A stretch of DNA of 24,049 bases from Candidatus Iainarchaeum sp. Its GTDB lineage: Archaea > Iainarchaeota > Iainarchaeia > Iainarchaeales > GCA-2688035. Shown piece by piece: positions 16,001 to 23,424 of this stretch (positions are counted from its first letter, which is position 1; every line of letters starts with the position of its first letter). The position numbers and the translations under genes are program-made. The stretch is taken from positions 1 through 24,049 of the forward strand of contig JAFCCL010000013.1 of NCBI GenBank assembly GCA_017610205.1, read 5' to 3'. Under the pieces are notes generated by a model. The model was given only the letters and a program-made list of their open reading frames with translations, was not told the DNA's origin and did not search any database.

Positions 16001-17799
16001 ACGCAAGCAAGAATGCAGGTGACATAATTCAAAATATTAACAATCTTGTAAAAGGCGGAAACACTGCGCCTGAAAAAGAAAAAGATGATGATAACAAGCC
16101 TCTTGTTGATGAAAAAGGACAGCCTTATACTGCGCCAACAAGTTCTGAAAATGATGACAAGATTGTTTATAATAGAACTCTGGAAGGGGATAAAACCGAA
16201 AGTAAAAATTTAGTTGAACTGGCAATGGAAAAAATTACTGGCCAAGCTGAAATACTAAGCCAAAGGACAGAGTCTGCTGCACTGCTTCAGATTGATGTTA
16301 AAACAAAAGGCGAAACCATTGGTCTTGCATTTTTTGAAAAAATGTTTTTCTTTTGGTATAACGGTAATACATTGCCAGCAGTTTATGACACTGTTAGCAG
16401 GACAGTGCTTGAAGACAATGACAAGGATGTTTCAGTAATTATTGACAAGAAAGACGGAACAATTTCTGTAAAAGAAGAAGGAAAGCCTGCTGAAGAAATT
16501 ATTTCAAGCGAAGACAATGTAAGGCTGTCTACAGAAAACCTTGCTGTTCCTGCAGAAGTAATACCTCAAAGAATTGGCCGGGTTGTTTTGCCAACCGGTT
16601 CTCCAATTGAATTGTTTGAGTTGAATTGGCAAGGCAACTTTAAGGTTTTAGACCAAAGTACTTTGGATTGCATCAGGCAAAATGTTTTGGAGCAAACAGG
16701 AGTTCCATTAACAACCAGGGATATTACTGAAGCCTTTGGAGAGGCTAAAGCAATTAAAACAGACCGTTATCCAAGCATTACTGCAAGCGCAAGCCAGCAA
16801 AGCATTATTGCAAACGGAAGCCCTCGTGAAATAGTTTATGGTCCATCAGCGCGTGTTGTAGTAATGACTGACATGAACACAACTCTTTTGAATGGAAGGG
16901 CAATTCCTGCAGGAGACTTTATTTCAGTGGCGTTTAAGAACGGTGTAATTGTTTACAAGCCTGCTTCCGGAGGAAATCCGGCAGAGCTTTTGATTTGGCT
17001 AAGTTACCATGAAAGAACAATTTTGAGGCCAAGCCAGGTAAAGGGCTTAAAGGCAACACTTGACAGTGTAACAAATGCTGAAACAGGGTGCCCTGAACCT
17101 GCAATAAACCTTGAGGCAATTCCAAACCTTGATGCAGGTGAAAGAAGCCAGATAACTGAAAGGGTTGAAAATTTCAACCAGGCAATAGAAAAAATGGGAC
17201 CGTTCCAGATATTTGACACTGACAGGCACAGGTTTGTCTTTTACAGCGAAAAAACAAGCCCTGGCTGCGACCCGCAGGATGAAGGCTGCTGCCAGGACAG
17301 GGTTTCAATAATTAACAAGGAAACAGGCGAGGTTTATGACCAGGCAATTGTCGGAGGGGTAAAGCAGACTCCTGAAGGAATAGAGTTTACAACAGAGGAC
17401 GGAAAGAACCACACTCTTGACTTTTCTGCAGACAACGGAGTTCCAAAAATAAGCTACAATAATATGGCTCCTGAAACTCTTACAATGGCAAGGGGTCCAA
17501 ACGGTGCCTTTTGGTATGATCCTGATGATGAGCTTTGGAGGCCTTACAATGCACAGCTTTTGCCATTGCTTGAGGCTTTTAAGACAAACGGAATGGACAT
17601 TAGGGAAAGGGCAGATGGCAGTGTAAACGGGATGCCTGGCGGAAATACAATGAATGTTAATGTCGGTGGCTCTGCTGAATCGCCTTTTAATTTGCCAAGC
17701 CTTCCTTTGGCGCCAATTGAAATGCTGCTCTTTATACTAACCCTAATGGCAGTAATTTGTGTTGCAAGAATTGGCATTGAAAAAAGGCTCAGTGGGTGA
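13018..17799 (+). CDS. Giant (~1593 aa) secreted, C-terminally anchored surface protein of unknown function
   Basis: ATG 13018 (ATGA overlap); Sec-type signal MKSDSQKFLCLLLVALMINLTISPAFG; C-terminal TM MLLFILTLMAVICVA plus a basic tail. Confidence 0.9.
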   Translation: MKSDSQKFLCLLLVALMINLTISPAFGEELPATVPSAEDSGADFALSEVIDNPIEVEFACFSPENERYPGENTLLPNEIAALKRKTEAENPGFSVDNVNSGRGSNEDRDQLKNDIIVQESEDGVGVVNEIPSGKIDVGEISPLFNKWFLGPFSFGVSLDDTIRLGQCRDLPRLEAEERGCPLTDVQLSYRNSGDGIVNNVKTVWDDFKDWVTPDAIFEGNTGQYTEEQLENIQLNISATTDSELLEAKYVQKEVKQIPNSVLTEEVGASMKTAGDSSESLISIYSMFDKYYNSWFSTEMVVSTFGPTLFGTAKKYAGWLKRRGLAWDTTDNRLMQWFRRTFYDPGGLFGEARLKRMVTRTDKYGFGDAWTKGIEATGDWDSGYAFMKGGSFRKSINDWSKPGGYLDEMTDPLQRGEFFKQIRDLRAYAHTNRAIWSEKKGIYDAAVKAAGEAGANSPQAKAALMDWAQTNADLMLKADGTWLRLDATELWIKEEVTGLYNKGIKLKGTNNFLALAGDSKPPAKVQQGFIQTVTNGSGPYGPKWGDDAFEFTTKDGMLEIFKIDKTGELIDEVPVEDLRKGFSRYVKKAAKTDKGEYVEISEATIPYIAKESPTGKVGIYTSNWKLDHLETPELYAKRLTDLRSDRAMNVMSKNMDRLYNTLIEKNFAGQSRRYYSWLDKAFSHEQELLKSYLGSFKGAAEWTAKPFLYWGGKRAFGFEGMSAFMLPDEWKEVELYTDDETIFDDAYIDVFAQHGSDEGEIFVQVLNYLPWKAVLNYVSEKFAPNSVDKAYDEWTSPSGGWRRGVENIAYFTSTRDDCATCELTLSPIVLSQEEISDLENKGRGRAVIAFNVEQDMKSYFVEDILDKDVGEDGTTLIAFGHHTNISGESMQSAGQDASDIDLVLARKDNETCSDAVKDLGLGFLGDDPQRVGALLAVSESGLYFVFTGIGLVGSALQQTLLAPRLQDCVDDLEGYYLHMYSPYDEAKEGTLTPNENASKNAGDIIQNINNLVKGGNTAPEKEKDDDNKPLVDEKGQPYTAPTSSENDDKIVYNRTLEGDKTESKNLVELAMEKITGQAEILSQRTESAALLQIDVKTKGETIGLAFFEKMFFFWYNGNTLPAVYDTVSRTVLEDNDKDVSVIIDKKDGTISVKEEGKPAEEIISSEDNVRLSTENLAVPAEVIPQRIGRVVLPTGSPIELFELNWQGNFKVLDQSTLDCIRQNVLEQTGVPLTTRDITEAFGEAKAIKTDRYPSITASASQQSIIANGSPREIVYGPSARVVVMTDMNTTLLNGRAIPAGDFISVAFKNGVIVYKPASGGNPAELLIWLSYHERTILRPSQVKGLKATLDSVTNAETGCPEPAINLEAIPNLDAGERSQITERVENFNQAIEKMGPFQIFDTDRHRFVFYSEKTSPGCDPQDEGCCQDRVSIINKETGEVYDQAIVGGVKQTPEGIEFTTEDGKNHTLDFSADNGVPKISYNNMAPETLTMARGPNGAFWYDPDDELWRPYNAQLLPLLEAFKTNGMDIRERADGSVNGMPGGNTMNVNVGGSAESPFNLPSLPLAPIEMLLFILTLMAVICVARIGIEKRLSG

Positions 17800-17885
17800 A
17801 GCTTTTTGAAAAGAATTTTGCAATTTTTTCAAGGCTTGATTGGTGGCCTGTTTTTGAATGGAATTAGGGGTGAAGCTTTTTGAAA
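17794..17885 (+). repeat. 18-bp direct repeat duplicating RBS and TTG start
   Basis: gggtgaagctttttgaaa at 17794-17811 and 17868-17885. Confidence 0.9.
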
Positions 17886-18533
17886 GACAATGAACAATTT
17901 CTTCTTTTTCTTGCTGTTCAATCCAATGGATTGCACAGTCTTCTTAAAATTTCAACTGCAAAAATTTCAAAAGAGTTGGGAGTAAGCCAGCAGACTGTTT
18001 CAAGAAAGCTAAGGGAACTTAGAAAGGCAGATTTTATTTCACTGGAAGCATCTCCAAGTGGTTGCACTATTTCACTGACAAAGAAGGGAATTGAATTGCT
18101 TCGCTTTCAATTTTTTTCATTGCAAAAGCTTTTTCAGCAGGGAAAAAGCAGGGTTTTGCACGCCAAAGTAAAAATTGGTTTGGGTGAAGGGCGCTATTAT
18201 ATAAGCAGGCCTTTTTACCTAAAGCAATTCAAAAAAGCCCTTGGCTTTAAGCCTTTCTTTGGAACCCTGAACCTTGAAGTTAACCAGGCAGAACTTGCTG
18301 GCTTTGCTTCCTTCCTGACTTCTGTTGAAATTTCCGGTTTTGAAACAGAGGAAAGGAGTTTTGGCAAAATTAAGGCATTCAAGGTTTTGGTTGAAGGAAA
18401 GCAGCCTGCGGCAATAATTTTTCCTGAAAGAACTGCTCACAAAAAGAACGAGGTTGAAGTAATTGCTTCCTTAAATCTTAGAAAAAAATTTGGATTAAAA
18501 GAAGGAAGCAAAGTAAGTATTTCAAGGGCTTGA
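17880..18533 (+). CDS. ribK: CTP-dependent riboflavin kinase with N-terminal HTH (RibK/RbkR, DUF120)
   Basis: HTH ISKELGVSQQTVSRKLREL; kinase motifs GLGEGRYY, LGFKPFFGTLNL, PERTAH, EVIAS.NLRKKFGLKEG. Confidence 0.95.
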   Translation: MKDNEQFLLFLAVQSNGLHSLLKISTAKISKELGVSQQTVSRKLRELRKADFISLEASPSGCTISLTKKGIELLRFQFFSLQKLFQQGKSRVLHAKVKIGLGEGRYYISRPFYLKQFKKALGFKPFFGTLNLEVNQAELAGFASFLTSVEISGFETEERSFGKIKAFKVLVEGKQPAAIIFPERTAHKKNEVEVIASLNLRKKFGLKEGSKVSISRA

Positions 18534-18534
18534 A

Positions 18535-19152
18535 TTATTTTTTTTTAAGTTTCTTATAGTATTTAGAGTTATAGTATTCTAACATTATTTTTGTTGACGT
18601 ATTCACAAATTTTATTTCTGCATTTTGCAAAGCCTCTTGGTATTCTTTATAGTACTGGTTTCTGTTTCCCCAGTTTACTTTTCCTGAGCTAACTGCGGCT
18701 TCAAGCGCTATCAATGCAGCTTTTGCTTCTGCTTCATAGGTTGTGTTCATTTCTTCTACTGCCTGGGCATATCTTTCGTTGAGAATTTTGAGTTCTTTGT
18801 AAGTTGCCCTATCTCTTCTGAATTTCCTTACCCCTCCGTATTTGCTAAAAATAAGTTTATCCCCTAGTTTGAATGGATGCATTGGAAGCCATTTTTTGGC
18901 AAGAATTTCTTTTGCAATGGTTTTTGGACTTTTTACCAGGTCTTTTGCAACAGCTTTTCCTTTTGAAACATATTTTGGCGCTGTTTCTCCCAATTTAAGA
19001 CCGTGTTTTTTTATAAAGTCTTTTATGTTTTTTTCTTGTTGTTTGTGCATTATTTCAAATTCAAAGAAATTTCTTTCAGCACCCTGTCTTGGCGCAGGTC
19101 TTATTCTTCTTTCTGCACGAATTGGTCTTTCGGTAATTGGTTTTGGCGGCAT
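18535..19152 (-). CDS. Basic hypothetical protein with R/P-rich N-terminal tail and helical C-terminus
   Basis: 205-aa ORF beginning MPPKPITERPIRAERRIRPAPR; no recognisable family. Confidence 0.7.
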   Translation of the reverse strand: MPPKPITERPIRAERRIRPAPRQGAERNFFEFEIMHKQQEKNIKDFIKKHGLKLGETAPKYVSKGKAVAKDLVKSPKTIAKEILAKKWLPMHPFKLGDKLIFSKYGGVRKFRRDRATYKELKILNERYAQAVEEMNTTYEAEAKAALIALEAAVSSGKVNWGNRNQYYKEYQEALQNAEIKFVNTSTKIMLEYYNSKYYKKLKKK

Positions 19153-19265
19153 TTTATTTTCCTTCTATCCTAAAGGCAAAAGAAGGTTCTGCTTTTTAGG
19201 CAAATAAATTGTGTTTTTAATATTTTTAAGGCTTTGCTCAATTCATAAAAACAGCCAAAAAGTGT

Positions 19266-20021
19266 TTATGTGTACATTGGCGTGTGTGTTCCGGTTTCAA
19301 ATTTTTTGACGTCTCCGCTTGCCTGCTTTAATTGCTTTAGGTGTTCAAGCAATGCCTTTTCTGTTTCCTTTGCCTCTTTTTTTAACGGGGCTGTGTCAAT
19401 TTTAAAGCCAAACATTTCGTTGAGTTTTTCAATTAAGGCAGCGCTTGCCTTGTAGTCTGCAGCAATCTGGACATTTCCCAAAAGGCTGAATGCTTCCAGT
19501 GAACGGTCTTTGAATTCAAGCATCATTAATGCCGTTATTCCGCTTGTAATTCCTTCTTTTATTACTTCAACTTTGTGCTTTTCAAGCATTTTTTTGCTTG
19601 CGTTATCTGAAGCAATTCCATAAACTGTTTGCCTTCCCTCTTTTTTTGGCAAGGCCCTTATTCCGCTTAGTGAAATTATTCTGTTGATTTTCTTTTTTTC
19701 AACCCAGTCGGTAATCCCCTTGCTCATTTTGTCAGTAAACACTTGTGGAACAATCTGCTCTGACACCAAAAGCACTATTTTGTATTTGTCGCTTACATAA
19801 ATTCTGCTTGGGTGCACTGGCAGTCCGTTGTGAACCCTGATAATTGGAACAAATGTTTCCGAAACAATGTATCCTGCTTCCCTGCAGTCAATTTTTTCAC
19901 TCAAGTACTTTACTGCAATTGTTCCAACAAGACCCATTCCTGGAAACCCTTCAATTAGAGTATAGCCTGCAACATTAATCGGCTTTTTTTCAACAAATCT
20001 TACCAGTGGCTTGCTTTCCAT
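19266..20021 (-). CDS. PAC2-family proteasome assembly chaperone (Pba-like)
   Basis: LIEGFPGMGLVGTIA, P.RIY, G.TSGITAL..., C-terminal HbYX motif MYT; AGGTGA RBS. Confidence 0.92.
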   Translation of the reverse strand: MESKPLVRFVEKKPINVAGYTLIEGFPGMGLVGTIAVKYLSEKIDCREAGYIVSETFVPIIRVHNGLPVHPSRIYVSDKYKIVLLVSEQIVPQVFTDKMSKGITDWVEKKKINRIISLSGIRALPKKEGRQTVYGIASDNASKKMLEKHKVEVIKEGITSGITALMMLEFKDRSLEAFSLLGNVQIAADYKASAALIEKLNEMFGFKIDTAPLKKEAKETEKALLEHLKQLKQASGDVKKFETGTHTPMYT

Positions 20022-20081
20022 TTCAATTCACCTTCAGGAATAAATAGAATTAAGTTCTTAATAAGGCTTACTGTTAATGCA

Positions 20082-20876
20082 ATGGTTATGGCAAAAGTCG
20101 CCAATTTTGGGAATTTTGGCTCTGGCAATTTTGGAAATCATGTTCGCTTTTTTGAAATAGATGCTTTGAGGGGAATTGCAGTAATTGCAATGATTGCCTT
20201 TCATGCCTTGTTTGCATTAAACTTTCTTGCAGGCTATTGCTTTGAACTGAACTCTGGTCTTTTTCTTTTAATGGGGCGTTTTGCCTCAGTTGCCTTTATT
20301 TTTCTTGTAGGAATTTCCCTAACTTTAAGTTACAATAAGGCAAAAAAACACAAGCAGAGCATTGCCATTTTTAGCAAATACCTGTTCAGAGGGCTTTGGA
20401 TTTTCTTCCTTGGTTTGTTAATAACCCTAATTACTTTTCTTGCCTTTCCTGAGTTCCCTGTTTTATTTGGAGTACTGCAATGTATTGGACTCTCAATAAT
20501 TCTTGCCTTTCCCTTTCTTGCATTTCGCCGTCTAAAAGGAAACGCAGAAATTTTTTTCCTTGGATGGCTGTTTATCACCGCAGGAGTTTTTTTGTCAGAA
20601 ATTTCAATTCAAACACCCTGGCTTTTGTGGCTTGGCTTAAAGCCAATTGGCTTTCAAACCCTTGACTATTTTCCACTGCTTCCATGGTTTGGGCTTGTTC
20701 TTTTGGGAATTTTTGCAGGCAATATCCTGTACCCCGACGGCAAAAGAAGCTTTGTTTTGTCAGATGCTTCGCCAAATCCTTTAATTGCATTGTTTTCCTT
20801 TCTTGGCAGGTACAGTCTTGTAATATACTTTTTGCACTTTCCTATTTTGGTTGCGATTGTTGAACTTCTTGCCTAG
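20082..20876 (+). CDS. DUF1624 / heparan-alpha-glucosaminide N-acetyltransferase-like membrane protein
   Basis: RFFEIDALRGIAVIAMIAFH, FIFLVGISL, FGVLQCIG, DYFPLLPWFG, LGRYSLVIYFLHFPIL. Confidence 0.92.
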   Translation: MVMAKVANFGNFGSGNFGNHVRFFEIDALRGIAVIAMIAFHALFALNFLAGYCFELNSGLFLLMGRFASVAFIFLVGISLTLSYNKAKKHKQSIAIFSKYLFRGLWIFFLGLLITLITFLAFPEFPVLFGVLQCIGLSIILAFPFLAFRRLKGNAEIFFLGWLFITAGVFLSEISIQTPWLLWLGLKPIGFQTLDYFPLLPWFGLVLLGIFAGNILYPDGKRSFVLSDASPNPLIALFSFLGRYSLVIYFLHFPILVAIVELLA

Positions 20877-21228
20877 TTTCTATAGGCTTAATTTTTTTTC
20901 CAAGTTTTGTTCCGCATTTTGGGCAAAACGCGCTTTTTTCAGGAGCTTTTTCCTTGCAGTTTGGGCATTTCAGAACAGTTTTTTTAATGCCTTTGACAAT
21001 GAAAAAAATTGTTGTTCCTGCAATTATTATTCCCAAAGCCTGCATTGCTAAAGCCGCTGTTGGGAGCAATGCAAAGATATCGCATGGGTTGAATACTATT
21101 TCAAATCCTTTTGGCATTGAAGCAATTTTTGCACAAGCTTCAGAGGTAATTCCTGTTACAAGCGACAAACCTGTTCCAATTACAAAAAGCATTAAGCCCA
21201 TTGCTGCAAGATATGCCTTTCCAAACAT
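20842..21228 (-). CDS. Two-TM membrane protein with C-terminal zinc ribbon
   Basis: Start moved to ATG 21228; CPNC...FCPKCG; 3' end overlaps the convergent gene. Confidence 0.8.
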   Translation of the reverse strand: MFGKAYLAAMGLMLFVIGTGLSLVTGITSEACAKIASMPKGFEIVFNPCDIFALLPTAALAMQALGIIIAGTTIFFIVKGIKKTVLKCPNCKEKAPEKSAFCPKCGTKLGKKIKPIETRQEVQQSQPK

Positions 21229-21237
21229 GCAAACAAA

Positions 21238-21269
21238 AAAGTGCAAACTCCTATTTTAGAGTTTCGGCA
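21238..21269 (-). promoter_or_regulatory. Promoter block shared with 22715-22746
   Basis: 28 of 32 nt identical; minus strand tgCCGAAAc-ycTAAAATA-nnn-gtttgcacttt (BRE plus TATA variant). Confidence 0.7.
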
Positions 21270-21280
21270 AAGGTGGCTTT

Positions 21281-21658
21281 TTAGCAAACTTTAATGTCAA
21301 TACAGGAATACAATGAAAATGCATATACTGTTTGTTTAAAGCGTTTTAATATTACAAAACCTAGTTTCTTTAGGTGATTTATGTCCCTGCTAATTGCCTC
21401 TTGATGTCTGTTTAAAGCCTTGGCTATCTCAGAGATAGATTTTGGCTTGTCTGCTTCTTGAACTTTAATAAGATAGCGTAGCAAGTCTATCTTTTTTGGG
21501 GACAAAAGCTTATCTAATTGTTCATAAGAATCCAGATACAACATATTTTTGGGTTGAGCAATTTCTTTAAGTGGCTTTTTTGAAAAAAGTTCTTTGTAAT
21601 CTGATTCAATGTCTCCGCCAATTAAGATGGTTAAAGCATTTTTTTTATTCATTTCCAC
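21281..21658 (-). CDS. HTH regulator/antitoxin (HVO_A0114-like)
   Basis: LYLDSYEQLDKLLSPKKIDLLRYL...PKSISEIAKALNRHQEAISRDINHLKKLGFV. Confidence 0.85.
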   Translation of the reverse strand: MEMNKKNALTILIGGDIESDYKELFSKKPLKEIAQPKNMLYLDSYEQLDKLLSPKKIDLLRYLIKVQEADKPKSISEIAKALNRHQEAISRDINHLKKLGFVILKRFKQTVYAFSLYSCIDIKVC

Positions 21659-21701
21659 ACCCTCTTTTTTTTATATAAAATGTACTATGATTATTATAAA
21701 T

Positions 21702-21722
21702 ATATATAACTAACTAGTTATA
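21702..21722. promoter_or_regulatory. Palindromic operator TATAAC-N6-GTTATA (second copy 22114-22134)
   Basis: atatataactaactagttata vs atatataacaaacaagttata (19/21). Confidence 0.65.
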
Positions 21723-21761
21723 TAACTTTTGTGTTAATAAATCTTTGGTTTTTTATAATTT

Positions 21762-22097
21762 TCATTTAAGCCACTTATTAACATACGATTTTTTGTAATT
21801 CTTCCAGTTCTGCATTATATCTTGTTTACATTCATTAAAAGTAGCTTGGGATATATTTTTTCCTTTGAGTCGTTCTCCTTTATCGTTTAGTGTTCGATAA
21901 AAACGATGCGCATGGCAGTGGCCGTGTGAGGTATCATATTTCATTACTTCCTATTTTGATTCTCTCTGAGAATGAATTTGTAAGACACAAAATGAAACCA
22001 ATTTTTTTTGAACTCTATCAAAGTCAATTCTTGTCATAATGAAGTCTTCAAGACTTTCTTCCAATAGCTTTTGTTTTGTCCAAGTTTCTACAGGCAT
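21762..22097 (-). pseudogene. Putative toxin (YD-x-x-HG-x-x-H-x-H family) interrupted by an in-frame TAG
   Basis: ATG 22097 reads MPVETWTKQK...HSQRESK*EVMKYDTSHGHCHAHRFY...; TAG at 21953-21951; lies upstream of the HTH gene. Confidence 0.75.
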
Positions 22098-22154
22098 ATA
22101 ACATCAAATCATAATATATAACAAACAAGTTATAATCTTATATATTGATTTTTT

Positions 22155-22703
22155 TTACCATCTTTTTTTCCTGCGCTGGATTTGAATACTGGGCTTAGTT
22201 TTTGTCCAAAGTTGGCAAACGCTTTTTTTGCTTGTTCTTTTTTTGAAAGCTTTTACTAAAAATAGGTTTGCTGCCAAACCAACAAAACCAAACAATATAA
22301 TGCAAATGCTGGATATTGTAAGAAACCGGTAGAATATTGCCTGCCCTGCTTCCTTGCCAAAGACACCTTCCATTGTTTGAATTGCAAAAAATGCTGCAAA
22401 AAACCCAAGAAATACTCCAAGAAAGGCCATTGAAATCAAGGGGGAAAGAACAAGCCATTCGTTTTTTACTGTCTTTTTGTTAGTGGTTTTTGTTCCAACC
22501 CAAAACATTGTTGCAAGCGCTGCCAAAAAGACAGCTCCTGTTAAAGCAAAGTTAAAAGTTTCCTGAACTGTCAACTGTGAAGGCGAAATAGTTCCAAAAA
22601 AAGCAATGGAAATGTTTATTGTGGCAACAAGACAAAGCATCATTGCTAGAAAAAAGAACAAAGGCCCGTTGCCATCAAAAACTTTCGCAATAAGTTTCTT
22701 CAT
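22155..22703 (-). CDS. Four-TM membrane protein with basic C-terminal tail
   Basis: Hydrophobic helices; start moved to ATG 22703 to fit the shared promoter. Confidence 0.75.
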   Translation of the reverse strand: MKKLIAKVFDGNGPLFFFLAMMLCLVATINISIAFFGTISPSQLTVQETFNFALTGAVFLAALATMFWVGTKTTNKKTVKNEWLVLSPLISMAFLGVFLGFFAAFFAIQTMEGVFGKEAGQAIFYRFLTISSICIILFGFVGLAANLFLVKAFKKRTSKKSVCQLWTKTKPSIQIQRRKKRW

Positions 22704-22753
22704 TTGTTTCAATTAAAGTGCAAACAAGTATTTTAGGGTTTCGGCAGAAGAAA

Positions 22754-23148
22754 TTAACTAATTTTAACTACCACATAAAACGCTGCAAACAAAGAAATTA
22801 TCCCTATAACAACTAGCGCATTTATTAAAATTGTTATTCAATCAAGGTCCTGTTCAACAGCAACATACTTGCATATATAAACCGTATCACTTGGCTGGGC
22901 AATTGTTCCATCTCTTTTTAGCGGCCTGCGTTCGCCTTCTGGAAAAAATTCTTGAACTGTTTATTTTGGAGATGCAAAATCCATATAATTATCATAAGTT
23001 ATATAGGGGTGATAGAACCACAATAGGCCATGCATTGAGGAGCCACGCTATTGTCAGGTGCTACAGGACCTAATGCGATTATTACACTAAACGCAATGAA
23101 AATAAACAGGCAGGCCAGATATATTTTTAGAAAAGTTCCACGGTGCAT
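22754..23148 (-). pseudogene. Decayed small membrane/secreted protein gene
   Basis: MHRGTFLKIYLACLFIFIAFSVIIALG... then a frameshift near 23010 and two stops; ends ITILINALVVIGIISLFAAFYVVVKIS*. Confidence 0.5.
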
Positions 23149-23424
23149 CAAAAATATTAAGTTCTTTCCACTATTTTATTGTTTTGCTTTGATGTAACTG
23201 CTAACAGCCCCTGAGAATTGGCGTGTAATGCGTTTAATAGCTGATTTAATCGTGTCCTATTTTTTGTCCTATGCTGTTTGCTTTCCTTCTTTTGTGTTCT
23301 TTTGTAAGTTAAACCACAAATTCAGCATTTTAGCTTTTGCAAGAAATTGAAAAACCGTTAGCAGTTACTTTGGGGTTTGAAAAAAATGGTGTCGTGGTTT
23401 TGTTAGTTGCTGTTTGGAGTTTTG

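Noticed and set aside
12966-17777. Numerous antisense and alternative-frame ORFs within the giant gene and other genes
   Set aside because: Shadow ORFs of well-supported CDSs with no motifs of their own.
21951-21953. TAG recoding (pyrrolysine or alternative code)
   Set aside because: TAG ends apparently complete genes here (2105, 10980, 20876) and no pyl genes are visible; a nonsense mutation is simpler.
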